DNA of 64,000 bases from Nitrospinales bacterium. Lineage in GTDB: Bacteria; Nitrospinota; Nitrospinia; Nitrospinales; VA-1. The stretch spans positions 1,984,001 to 2,048,000 of the forward strand of contig OZ253496.1 in NCBI GenBank assembly GCA_965262115.1. Direction: 5' to 3'. The notes under the pieces are model-generated. The model had not been told where the DNA came from. It saw only the letters and a program-made list of their open reading frames with translations, and did no database searches. Of the stretch, positions 32,937-42,515 are shown in pieces. Both the position numbers and the translations under genes were made by a program. Position 1 is the stretch's first letter. Each line of letters opens with the position of its first letter.

Positions 32937-33458
32937 ATGATTTTCCAGAAAAAACCCGCATTATTTTACCATCTGACATCTGCTTGTGTTGTGCTGTTGC
33001 TTTCTTCGACGCTTGCCCTGGCAGAACCCGGGGAAACCATACCGGCACCGGACTTCACCCTCAAATCTCTTAGCGGGGAGGAAGTCCGTCTCAGCAATCA
33101 AAGGGGGAAATACGTTCTGGTTAATTTCTGGGCCACCTGGTGCGGTCCCTGCAAAATAGAAATGCCCTCACTGGAAACCCTGCACCAGCGTTTTAAATCG
33201 AAGAACTTTTCCCTGCTTGCCATCTCCAACGATATGTTCGGAGCAAAGATTGTAGAACCTTTTGTCAAAGCCCACAATCTTTCCTTCCCCATTCTGCTCG
33301 ACCAGCAATTGCAGGCCAGCAACAAATTTGGAGTGGTCAGCCTGCCCACCACTTTTATGATTGACCCGGAAGGCAATATCATCGGTGAACTAAGAGGGGC
33401 GGAAGACTGGGCCAGCCCGGACAACATCCGGTACTTTGAAAACCTTTTGGCAAACTGA
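32937..33458 (+). CDS. TlpA/ResA-type periplasmic thiol-disulfide reductase
   Basis: Signal or anchor segment; APDFTL, NFWATWCGPC..EMP and LPTTF motifs. Confidence 0.92.
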   Translation: MIFQKKPALFYHLTSACVVLLLSSTLALAEPGETIPAPDFTLKSLSGEEVRLSNQRGKYVLVNFWATWCGPCKIEMPSLETLHQRFKSKNFSLLAISNDMFGAKIVEPFVKAHNLSFPILLDQQLQASNKFGVVSLPTTFMIDPEGNIIGELRGAEDWASPDNIRYFENLLAN

Positions 33459-33463
33459 GCCCG

Positions 33464-35239
33464 TTGTCCATGAGAGATTCCTTATCCATATTGGCAAAAG
33501 TAATTACCCTATTCACCCTCCTTTTATTATGCCCTCATGAAGGGTGGGCCCAGCCCAAGCACGATCATTCCCTTGAAGGGGATATGGTTTATATTCCGCC
33601 CGGCCCTTTTTTATTCGGCACCAATAAAAAAGACAAGGCCGCCGAGGCACTTTCTCTGGGTATCCCCAAACCATGGTATGCTGACGAAAATCCGCAACAG
33701 AAAATTTTTCTCAAAGAATTCTATATTGACCGTTATGAGGTCACCCACAGACGCTATAAAAAATATATCGATGATCTGGGAGCCGTTCCTCCTGCAAACT
33801 GGCAAGGCGTAAATTTTCCGGAAGGTAAAGATAACGAGCCGGTAACGCATGTCACCTGGTATGATGCGGCAAACTTCTGCCAATGGGCGAAAAAAAAATT
33901 GCCCACCGAAAAACTTTGGGAGCGAGCCGCAAGAGGTAAAGAAGGCTTGGAATATCCTTGGGGCAACATATTTCAAGCAAGATGGGCCAACCATTCGGAC
34001 CGGCCCGGAAGTAAAAACCAGCCAGTTGTCGTCGGTTCTTTTCCAAAAAGTGTCAGCCCTGAAGGTGTTCATGATCTGATCGGAAATGTGTGGGAATGGG
34101 TAGATGACGATTACCAGCCTTATAAAGGAAGCACATATAAAAGCGAATATTATCAGGCGGGCTTAAAAATCCTGCGCGGCCATTCCGCCAGTGATATTGG
34201 GCATTTCCCCGGTGCTCTCTACAACCAAGCCATCGAAATGTTCGCCCGTAGCGGTTACCGGCAATATGCAGGTGCCGACGAACCCGCTCCAGATGTAGGG
34301 TTTCGATGCACCAGCACAACCCAGCCCGCTGCTATGAAAGCGGTAATCTCTGCTTTCGCGAAAACCAAAAAAGGCGCGTCTTTCACAAACGCCGCGCCCT
34401 CGATTTCTTCTTCACTTGAGGAACCAATCGTTTCAGAGTCTGCGCCCCTGAATCCTTTTCAACCCAAACCCAATCTGCCAGATTCTGGAATCATTGCACT
34501 GACCTTTCTGGCGTTTATTGCAGGAGTATTCAGCTTCTTATCCCCCTGCACACTGCCCATTCTTCCCGCTTATTTCGCGGTGACTGCTCAATCCGACCGG
34601 ACCCGCATGGGCCTCATGTCTCTGGCTTTCTTTTTTGGTCTGGCATCCTTGTTTGTGGCGATGGGAGCCTCCGCCAGCGCTTTGGGCCAAGTTCTCAGGG
34701 ATTATATGTTCCAGATCACCCAGGTCGGAGGAGGCATCGTGGGAATTTTCGGTGTCATGACCCTTTTCGGAAAGGGTTTTTCTGGAGCCACCTTTCAAGG
34801 CAAACCCACTTCCACGTTCATAGGGTATTTTTTGTTTGGCGCAACCTTCGCATTAGGTTGGACCCCCTGTGTTGGGCCCATCCTGTCCAGCATTCTCATG
34901 CTCGCGGCTTCGGAAAAAACCGTTTCGCAGGGAATGATCCTGCTCTTCTTTTACGCGGTGGGACTGGGGCTTCCCCTCATCATCGTTGCCACAGTGTGTG
35001 GCAATCTGCCCAAAGACGGTTTGTTCTGGACCCTGCTTCGCGGCAAAGGCTGGGACCTCACGATAGGAGGAAAAACTTTTTTTCTCCATACCACCAACCT
35101 GTTCAGTGGCATTCTGCTGATCGCACTGGGCATCGTTCTGGCAACGGGCTACATGACTTATATCAATAGCCTTATCCCCATAGAAGTTCAGCTCTGGTTC
35201 AGCGAATTCGAGGAGGCTGTTTTACACTGGTTCCTATAA
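33464..35239 (+). CDS. Fusion of an FGE-sulfatase (SUMF1-like) domain and a CcdA/DsbD membrane domain
   Basis: Signal peptide; FYIDRYEVT, LPTE, GNVWEW and GFRC motifs; then SFLSPCTLP and WTPCVGP, all in one uninterrupted frame. Confidence 0.85.
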   Translation: MSMRDSLSILAKVITLFTLLLLCPHEGWAQPKHDHSLEGDMVYIPPGPFLFGTNKKDKAAEALSLGIPKPWYADENPQQKIFLKEFYIDRYEVTHRRYKKYIDDLGAVPPANWQGVNFPEGKDNEPVTHVTWYDAANFCQWAKKKLPTEKLWERAARGKEGLEYPWGNIFQARWANHSDRPGSKNQPVVVGSFPKSVSPEGVHDLIGNVWEWVDDDYQPYKGSTYKSEYYQAGLKILRGHSASDIGHFPGALYNQAIEMFARSGYRQYAGADEPAPDVGFRCTSTTQPAAMKAVISAFAKTKKGASFTNAAPSISSSLEEPIVSESAPLNPFQPKPNLPDSGIIALTFLAFIAGVFSFLSPCTLPILPAYFAVTAQSDRTRMGLMSLAFFFGLASLFVAMGASASALGQVLRDYMFQITQVGGGIVGIFGVMTLFGKGFSGATFQGKPTSTFIGYFLFGATFALGWTPCVGPILSSILMLAASEKTVSQGMILLFFYAVGLGLPLIIVATVCGNLPKDGLFWTLLRGKGWDLTIGGKTFFLHTTNLFSGILLIALGIVLATGYMTYINSLIPIEVQLWFSEFEEAVLHWFL

Positions 35240-35404
35240 GCGGGGCAAGCCTCCGCAGCCAAAAGGTCTGTTCCTTTACTGCAAACAAGCCCCCTCAGGC
35301 TTCTGGATATGAAATTCCTATTGTTCAATAAACTGCCATTGAATACCAGAACCGATATTTGCTAAAATAAAGACTGAGAAGTAGTGATTTCACCAGGAGT
35401 GACC

Positions 35405-36058
35405 ATGAACTGGGTATCTAAAATTCTCGTCGTGTTGTTGCTGGCCCTCCCGGCCTGTTCGGGAGGAGACCTTTGCATAACCCAAGATTCTTCGTTGCAA
35501 TAGCTCCTCAGAATGACAAAATAGCCTTTTATTGTCATGCTGAGCTAGTGATATTTGACCTTTGAATTCTTGCCCCGTAGGGGTATCTCGAAGCATCTCG
35601 CTTTTCTGCTTTATAGACTTACGCAAAGGTCTCGTTCGGGAGTGGACTCCGTCACCAAAAAACGCTGGAGTAATTCCGAAAACACCGTCTCGATCGTCGA
35701 TATGACATCGAGAGATTTTCGCCTCATGGACGCAGGATCCAGACTGCAGGGAGCCATTGAAGAAAATCTTGAGACCACCGGTTATATCCTGGCCGGAAAG
35801 AACGCCCACTATCACCTAAAGTATAAGGTTTTGGAATTCGATGAAGGCAATCGAATGGCCCGAATCGCAACTATGGGCATGTCCGATTCCGCCAAAGCCC
35901 AACTGCGGGTGAAAGCCGCGCTTTACGATAACGGAGATATGGTCGGCGCCTGGAAAATCGACTCGTGGGTATCCGGAGGAATCACCGGCGGCTCCGAAGA
36001 CAATCTTTATGAAACCACCGCCAAAGAAATCGCCGACTACTTGAGAGGCGATTATTAA
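35405..36058 (+). pseudogene. Lipoprotein gene interrupted by a MITE
   Basis: MNWVSKILVVLLLALPACSG|VDSVTKKRWSN... is restored when the MITE and one target duplication are removed. The insertion introduces an in-frame TAG. Confidence 0.85.
35466..35633. mobile_element. 168-bp MITE, copy 2
   Basis: Inverted repeats GAGACCTTTGCATAA/TTACGCAAAGGTCTC; perfect 9-bp target duplication GTTCGGGAG. Confidence 0.92.
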
Positions 36059-36092
36059 GCAAGACTCCTATCCATTCCTGGTTTATTCCTTT

Positions 36093-36788
36093 TCAAATAT
36101 CTTTGGCACAACGAAAGCCGATAAAGTTCAACTTCTCTTCAGGGGCCATCCAGTTACGAAACCATGAAGGTGAAAACTTAATCGTGAGATGGGTTTGCAA
36201 TAAGCCACCACGAACGACTTTGAATTTTTCCGCTTGCCCCACAAGCATGTAATCATCCGTCACCCACTCCCAGACATTATGACCCATACCATAAATGCCA
36301 TAAGGGCTGATCCAGTCCGTCCTCTTGTCCACCGGTTCCGGCATAAATCCTGAGAATCCGTTGTTGGGGTGATCGATAAAAATTTTCCAGGGCCACTTGC
36401 GCACATCCGTACCCCGCGCCGCTTTCTCCCATTCAATTTCGTTAGGCAAACGCTTGCCCTCAGCCTGACAAAAAGCCTCCGCCTCAGCATAGGTCACAAA
36501 CGCCACTGGCCAACGCGCCTTTTTAGGATTGAATGAATGTTGCGGTAAGAATTTTTTGTAGGCTTCGTGGCTCACCTCATACCGGTCAATAAAATAAGCT
36601 CCGGACTGCACCGGTTTCCCCCCCTGGGTTCCTAGTTCCTCCGCATCCCCCATGATGAATTCTCCAGCCGGAATATAAACCATCTTCTCAGGAACAACGA
36701 TCCCAGCAGGAACCTCTACAGATATCTGCTTAACGCTATAGGAATCGCAGGAAGACAGGAAAATTAAAAGAAGAAAAAAGCGGATCAT
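36093..36788 (-). CDS. FGE-sulfatase (SUMF1-like) domain lipoprotein
   Basis: Lipobox LSSC; YFIDRYEVS, RLPNEIEWEKAARG, NVWEW and GFRC motifs. Confidence 0.85.
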   Translation of the reverse strand: MIRFFLLLIFLSSCDSYSVKQISVEVPAGIVVPEKMVYIPAGEFIMGDAEELGTQGGKPVQSGAYFIDRYEVSHEAYKKFLPQHSFNPKKARWPVAFVTYAEAEAFCQAEGKRLPNEIEWEKAARGTDVRKWPWKIFIDHPNNGFSGFMPEPVDKRTDWISPYGIYGMGHNVWEWVTDDYMLVGQAEKFKVVRGGLLQTHLTIKFSPSWFRNWMAPEEKLNFIGFRCAKDI

Positions 36789-36848
36789 GTAGGGAGACCA
36801 TTTACAATGATGGCCATTTTAGCAACCCCCCTAGCCCTCCTTATCAGG

Positions 36849-37057
36849 GAGACCTTTGCATAACCCAAGATTCTTCGTTGCAATAGCTCCTCAGAATGAC
36901 AAAATAGCCTTTTATTGTCATGCTGAGCTAGTGATATTTGACCTTTGAATTCTTGCCCCGTAGGGGTATGTGATATCCTCTTCATTAAACTTCATGCCCC
37001 GTAGGGGTATCTCGAAGCATCTCACTTTTCTGCTTTATAGACTTACGCAAAGCTCTC
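36849..37057. mobile_element. MITE copy 3 (209 bp; 41 bp of extra REP-derived sequence)
   Basis: Same inverted repeats; target duplication CTTATCAGG/CTTGTCAGG (one mismatch); internal duplication of TGCCCCGTAGGGGTAT. Confidence 0.88.
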
Positions 37058-37185
37058 CTTGTCAGGGGGGAACTGGGCAAGAGTCTATTAGGCCGAGATA
37101 AAGTTTTGCTAGCCAATTAGAGCCATTGCCAGCTGGCCCCATGTTTATATTCTCACCTTAGCCTTCATGCCCCGGAGGGGTACGC

Positions 37186-37941
37186 CTAGTGGTTGTCCGG
37201 ACGTTCATCGAAAAAATGGAACACTTCGCCGCCGTTGATGGGCAGGGGGGTTTTGTCTAAGTCCAGGGGATGGTCGACACCCGGCTGGATAGTTCCATCT
37301 ACAGAATAAGGTCCGTTCATCGACCAGTAATTGCGCTTGCGCGAATCAAGAAATTTAATACTGGTGATGTATTTGATATTTTTGTAGCCATACTTGAAAG
37401 GCATGATCAACCTCAGGGGAAATCCATGATCGCGGCTCAACGGCTGGCCATCCATACGCAGGACAAAGAGGACACGGGGCCGGAGCAATTCTTCCAGCGC
37501 AAAACTTTCGTAATAGGAATCGGCGGACTGGATATAAACAAACTTTGCGGACGGATCGGGCTGGACCTGTTTCAACAGCTCTTCAAAGCGGAATCCCTCC
37601 CACCTGGCTTTGGCGGACCAGCATTCAACACACTTGAGCCGCGAAACCTGGGAATGCATTTTTAATCCGAACAAATCCTCATAAGCAAGACCGACGGGTT
37701 TTTTAACCATCCCCCCTATCGCCAGTCCCCAGTTTTGCATCTCCACACCGAGAAACGGATTAGCGCTGCGAATATGGAAACCGGGAGTATCCCGGTTCTG
37801 GACGTATTGCTTGGGAATGTTTTTGTCGTTACGAAAATCGTCTGCCCACCCGGATTTTTTCGGCATCAACGCCGACAAAGTAGTCAGGGAAAATATTTTC
37901 AGGAAATTTCTGCGATCAAATTTAAAAGGTGATGAACTCAT
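37186..37941 (-). CDS. Tat-exported sulfite-oxidase-fold molybdoenzyme (MsrP/YedY-like)
   Basis: DRRNFLK Tat motif; CVECWS Mo-ligand Cys; HGFPLRL..P.KYGYKNIK. Confidence 0.85.
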   Translation of the reverse strand: MSSSPFKFDRRNFLKIFSLTTLSALMPKKSGWADDFRNDKNIPKQYVQNRDTPGFHIRSANPFLGVEMQNWGLAIGGMVKKPVGLAYEDLFGLKMHSQVSRLKCVECWSAKARWEGFRFEELLKQVQPDPSAKFVYIQSADSYYESFALEELLRPRVLFVLRMDGQPLSRDHGFPLRLIMPFKYGYKNIKYITSIKFLDSRKRNYWSMNGPYSVDGTIQPGVDHPLDLDKTPLPINGGEVFHFFDERPDNH

Positions 37942-37954
37942 ACCCTTCCTCCAA

Positions 37955-38755
37955 TCAACGCAAACCCAAAACGTCCTGCATATCGTAAACGCCGTTGGGC
38001 TGGCCTAAAATCCACTGCGCCGCACGAATGGAGCCCCGGGCGAAGGTCTCCCGGCTCTGGGCACGATGGAACACTTCAAAATTTTCTCCCATGCCGCCGA
38101 ATAAAACCCGATGCTCACCGATGATGTCTCCCGCCCGCAACGTGTGAATGCCGATTTCTTTCGGGGTGCGCACGGCAATGCCTTTTCTTCCATAAACGCC
38201 AACCTCTTCGAGGTTTCTTCCCAACGAATAGGCAACGATTTCTGATATACGCACGGCGGTGCCGCTGGGCGCATCCTTTTTAAACTTATGATGCGCCTCA
38301 ACAATTTCCACATCATATGCGTCCCCCAACACCCGTGCCGCGTCTGCAACCAGCTTGAACAAAACGTTAACGCCAATGCTCATATTGGGAGCCACGACAC
38401 AGGGAATTTTTTTGCCAATCTGCTCAATCTCTCCGCGTTGCTCCGGAGAAAACCCGGTCGTGCCCACCACCACAGACCTCCCTTTATCCGCAGCAGCGTT
38501 AAGGGTGAAAATACTTGAAGCCGGAGTGGTAAAATCAATTGCCACATCACAGGTTTCAAAAGCTTTTACAGGGTCATCCATCACTACGACTCCCTTGTTT
38601 CCGATCCCTGCTACTTCACCAAGATCTTTACCGATAACCTCGCTGCCTGCACGCTCTGTTCCTCCGCCCAGCTCCACACCCTCAATGTCTTCAATGCATG
38701 CGGCAATGGTCTTTCCCATGCGCCCGGCAATACCTATTACAAGAATCTTCGTCAA
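37955..38755 (-). CDS. dapB: 4-hydroxy-tetrahydrodipicolinate reductase
   Basis: GIAGRMG, GTTG and EAHHKFKKDAPSGTA motifs. Confidence 0.97.
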   Translation of the reverse strand: MTKILVIGIAGRMGKTIAACIEDIEGVELGGGTERAGSEVIGKDLGEVAGIGNKGVVVMDDPVKAFETCDVAIDFTTPASSIFTLNAAADKGRSVVVGTTGFSPEQRGEIEQIGKKIPCVVAPNMSIGVNVLFKLVADAARVLGDAYDVEIVEAHHKFKKDAPSGTAVRISEIVAYSLGRNLEEVGVYGRKGIAVRTPKEIGIHTLRAGDIIGEHRVLFGGMGENFEVFHRAQSRETFARGSIRAAQWILGQPNGVYDMQDVLGLR

Positions 38756-38815
38756 AAATTTTTCCCTTCATTATTTCTTCATTGAACGCTTATTAAAGTC
38801 TCACTAGCTGTGAGA

Positions 38816-39688
38816 CTATGCCAAAGCGTAGGCGGCAAGTATTGCCTGCAATTGCGCCAGATGTTCCTCTGTAGGCGCACACAACGGCGGACGAAACTCA
38901 TTTTCAATTCGGCCCATGAGTGCCAGAGCAGCTTTTACCGGAATGGGATTGGTCTCGATAAACATGATGTCGTTCAACTTCAACAACTCGTAGTGCAGAG
39001 TTTTTGCTGTTTCCACATCCCCTGACCGGGCCGCCTGGACCAGTTTGGCAAACTTGCCGGGAACCAGATTAGCCGTCACCGAGATCACTCCTTTGCCGCC
39101 AATGGCGAGGATCGGCCAAGTCAGCGCGTCTTCACCCGAAATCACTTCAAAGTCCGGCCCACAGGAATCAATGATCTCACTGACCTGCACCAGAGAACCG
39201 GAAGCCTCTTTAATGCCGATAATATTCTTGATGCTGCTCAAACGCGCAACAGTGTCGGGCACCATATTGATGGCGGTGCGGCTGGGAACATTATAAAGAA
39301 CAACCGGCAGATCGGTCTCCTTTGCCACAGCAGAAAAATGCTGGAACAAACCCTCCTGGGTCGGCTTGTTGTAATAGGGCGTGATCAACAACGCTCCATC
39401 TGCGCCAATTTTCTGGGCGCGCTGGGTCAACTCCACCGCTTCCTGGGTCGCGTTCGACCCCGTACCCGCCAGAACGGGAATCCGTCCTTTGCAGTTATCA
39501 ACCGTGATCTGGATCACCTCTGCATGCTCGGCATGGTTTAAGGTGGCCGACTCACCAGTGGTGCCACAGGGCACGATTCCGTTGGTTCCATTTTCTATAT
39601 GAAACTCGATCAACCCGCGTAAGGCCGAGGCATCTACTTTTCCGTTTTTAAACGGAGTCACTATGGCAACAAACGAACCTTCGAACAT
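38816..39688 (-). CDS. dapA: 4-hydroxy-tetrahydrodipicolinate synthase
   Basis: GTTGE, PYYNKP, YNVPSRT, GIKEA and NPIPVK motifs. Confidence 0.97.
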   Translation of the reverse strand: MFEGSFVAIVTPFKNGKVDASALRGLIEFHIENGTNGIVPCGTTGESATLNHAEHAEVIQITVDNCKGRIPVLAGTGSNATQEAVELTQRAQKIGADGALLITPYYNKPTQEGLFQHFSAVAKETDLPVVLYNVPSRTAINMVPDTVARLSSIKNIIGIKEASGSLVQVSEIIDSCGPDFEVISGEDALTWPILAIGGKGVISVTANLVPGKFAKLVQAARSGDVETAKTLHYELLKLNDIMFIETNPIPVKAALALMGRIENEFRPPLCAPTEEHLAQLQAILAAYALA

Positions 39689-39706
39689 GAGAACCTGATA
39701 GTTTGA

Positions 39707-40534
39707 TTAATATTCCGCAAGCGTGCCTTCAAAAGCTATGCGAGCGGGTCCTTCCAGATAAACCACCGAACTTTTGCCAGCGTCACCATTGGTCGCTTCA
39801 AAATCCACTTTCAAAATATCCCCGCCCCGGGTTTCCACTGCGACAGGAGGCTGAACCATATTTTTATAATAAGATAACAGGGCCGAGGCCACCACCCCCG
39901 TTCCACAAGCCAGGGTTTCGTCTTCCACTCCACGTTCGTAGGTGCGAATCTTAAGCGCCCGGTCACCAACCTTCTCGACAAAGTCGACATTGGTTCCGAC
40001 CGGGGCGAATGAATCGTGGAAACGGATGCCATGACCCGTCTCCTTCACATTCACGTTCTCGACATTATCAGAATAAATAATAGCGTGCGGCACGCCCGTG
40101 TTGAGGCTGTCCACCTGATATTCAGTTCCATTCAGGGCGAGGGCAATATCCTGCTGCAAATTTTCCGGCGCAGTGAGTTTGACCTTCACGATTGCTCCAT
40201 TCACCTCCGCACCAATGACCCCGGCCAGGGTTTCTAAAGTCATTTTGGCGGGAGCGATGTTCTTTTCCACCGCATAGCGGGCCACACAACGACCGCCATT
40301 GCCGCACATCTCGGCGGAGGAACCATCTTCGTTATAAAAATCCCATTTGATATCGGCTTTATCCGAGTTCTCGACAAAGATCACCCCATCCGCACCGATA
40401 GACATTTTGCGGTCGCACACGCGCCGGACAAAATCGAGCTTTTTGTCATCGTCTAGTACCGGCACCCGATTATCAATGATGATGAAATCGTTGCCACTGC
40501 CACTCATTTTTGTGAACTGAATCGCCATATCCAA
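39707..40534 (-). CDS. dapF: Diaminopimelate epimerase
   Basis: GSGNDF, EMCGNG and ERGVEDETLACGTG motifs. Confidence 0.97.
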   Translation of the reverse strand: MDMAIQFTKMSGSGNDFIIIDNRVPVLDDDKKLDFVRRVCDRKMSIGADGVIFVENSDKADIKWDFYNEDGSSAEMCGNGGRCVARYAVEKNIAPAKMTLETLAGVIGAEVNGAIVKVKLTAPENLQQDIALALNGTEYQVDSLNTGVPHAIIYSDNVENVNVKETGHGIRFHDSFAPVGTNVDFVEKVGDRALKIRTYERGVEDETLACGTGVVASALLSYYKNMVQPPVAVETRGGDILKVDFEATNGDAGKSSVVYLEGPARIAFEGTLAEY

Positions 40535-40724
40535 ACTTATCTATTTAATATTGTATTCTTTCTTGAGATGCTGAATAACCCCTGAAGGGTGCAAACTGGC
40601 CCAAACAAACCATTTACGCTACCACCAGCCTACAGAGGTGAAGAGATTCTACCATACCGCTTGACACTGGGAAAGATTACCTTCAGGGCCAAAACAATAA
40701 ATGAGCGGTCTCTGAATTAATCGC

Positions 40725-40752
40725 TTGCAAATGTACGGCTTTAGCGTACAAT
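40725..40752 (+). promoter_or_regulatory. higBA promoter with overlapping palindromic operator
   Basis: TTGCAA-N16-TACAAT overlapped by TGTACG-N7-CGTACA. The ATG lies only 6 nt after the -10, which suggests a leaderless mRNA. Confidence 0.65.
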
Positions 40753-40758
40753 ATTGCC

Positions 40759-41043
40759 ATGATAATAAAGAGGATCCGCCACAAGGGATTAAAGAGATTC
40801 ATTGAGAAAAATGATCCCAAAGGCCTCCCCTCTTATAAAGTTGAAAAAATTCGAGACATTATCACCGCTCTGATGGTGGCGGAAAACTTAAAAGATTTAC
40901 CGGTATTACCAGGGTGGCGGCTTCACAAATTGACGGGTCAGCGCAAAGGCATGTGGAGCATTTCGATCTCTGGAAACTGGCGGATCACATTCGAAATACA
41001 AAGTGACGAAATACATGATTTGAATATGGAGGATTATCACTGA
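40759..41043 (+). CDS. higB: HigB/RelE-family toxin
   Basis: HKGLK..., LHKLTG..WSISISGNWRITF and DYH motifs; toxin-first gene order. Confidence 0.92.
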   Translation: MIIKRIRHKGLKRFIEKNDPKGLPSYKVEKIRDIITALMVAENLKDLPVLPGWRLHKLTGQRKGMWSISISGNWRITFEIQSDEIHDLNMEDYH

Positions 41044-41336
41044 TGTCCAATACAGCAATGATGCCATCTCATCCTGGGGAATTTATTCGCAGACATGTTT
41101 TGGAACCCATTGAACTTTCGATCAGCAAAGCGGCTGAAGTTCTTGGCGTAAGACGGGCGACCCTGTCCGATCTGGTCAATGGCAAAACAAGCCTGTCCCC
41201 GGAAATGGCCCTGAGACTGGAAAAAGCGTTCGACATCAAGATGGATTTCCTGCTACGCATGCAAGCACTCTACGACTCAGCAAGCATGCGGCAATCCAAA
41301 AAGAAGATTGATGTTGTACGGTTTCAGGTGAGGTAG
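41043..41336 (+). CDS. higA: HigA antitoxin (HTH)
   Basis: HPGEFI...LSDLVNGK..LSPEMALRL. Confidence 0.92.
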   Translation: MSNTAMMPSHPGEFIRRHVLEPIELSISKAAEVLGVRRATLSDLVNGKTSLSPEMALRLEKAFDIKMDFLLRMQALYDSASMRQSKKKIDVVRFQVR

Positions 41337-41555
41337 GAAACGAAGCAAGCCAGGCGAACGCAACCACAGATGGACACCGATGGACGCGGATAGCCGATTG
41401 ATTTTAAAGCTCCCTCTTTTTCAAAGAGGATTACAGAATTATGTCCGGTTATCGGGAACGACAAGACTGGCTCCGCCAAAACGGTGCGGGGATGGATTTC
41501 TAAAAGACTAAAAGGTATTTATATTTACAATGTTACACCTCAAAATGGAGTGCTT

Positions 41556-42285
41556 ATGCCTATGTCGGATGCGGACAAAAACTTTATAAGACTGGTCAGA
41601 GAACTCATCGCTATTGAATCGGAGGGTTTTTCAGTTGAACCCAACGAGAAAGAGAAACTTGAAGCTGATTTTCATGAGGCTTGGCTGAAAATAGATAGAG
41701 TGGGGCTTCGAGAATACCAAGACCCTGGTTTAGCAGAATGCATGAGGTTTTTAATCCAAGCAACCAAAGACGACCCTTTTAAGATTAATGAAGATTGTAG
41801 CGACTGGCACGACTGGTGGAGAGATGAAGGGCTAGACCAGTGGCCCTCTCATATCAGAAGATATTTTGAATTGGTTCCACCCTATATCCGGGCCGGGTCT
41901 AGCATACCCAAGGATGAGAACCCTTTATTCAGAATCAAGATGGTGTTTTATTTATGAAAATTTTAATGCATGCATTGTTCTTTCGAGAGGCATTATAGAA
42001 GCCGTTGGAAAATATGAAATACCGTGGGTCAAGCTCTTAAAATTTAGTAATAAATCTAGTGGGGAAAAGGTGTAAGCCGCAGAAATTGTTAAGTATATGA
42101 AGGAGGAAGGGGAAATCGTAAGACCTGAACTAGCAGATAATATTTTGAAAAAGATCGTATACAAAGCCAACGATATTCTTCATAACGGGAAAACGGCATC
42201 GAAGGAAGAGTGTTTAGAAGCTACTGAGTGTGTAAAAACTCTTTTGGAGGAAGTGTACGCCAAAAAACCCTATAAAAACAATTAA
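41556..42285 (+). pseudogene. Degraded AT-rich gene, possibly with a DUF4145/HEPN-like C-terminus
   Basis: Three consecutive ORF pieces in different frames; CFIYENFNACIVLSRGIIE and ANDILH segments. Confidence 0.5.
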
Positions 42286-42515
42286 TCGTAAACTAAAGGC
42301 ACTTTTGGCCCACCCGCACTGAATGTAAAACACCCCAACCCTCGTGGTATTCCACCCTGGCCTTCTGCCCGGAACGGGTACTTTGAGAAAGAGGGAGAAA
42401 AAGCAACCCCCCATTCCCCCCTTATCAGGGGGGAACGGGGCAAGGGCTTAATTGATCCGAGACGACTCTTCGCCAGCCAAAGAGAGCTATTGCACACTGG
42501 CCCCACGCCGAGTGG

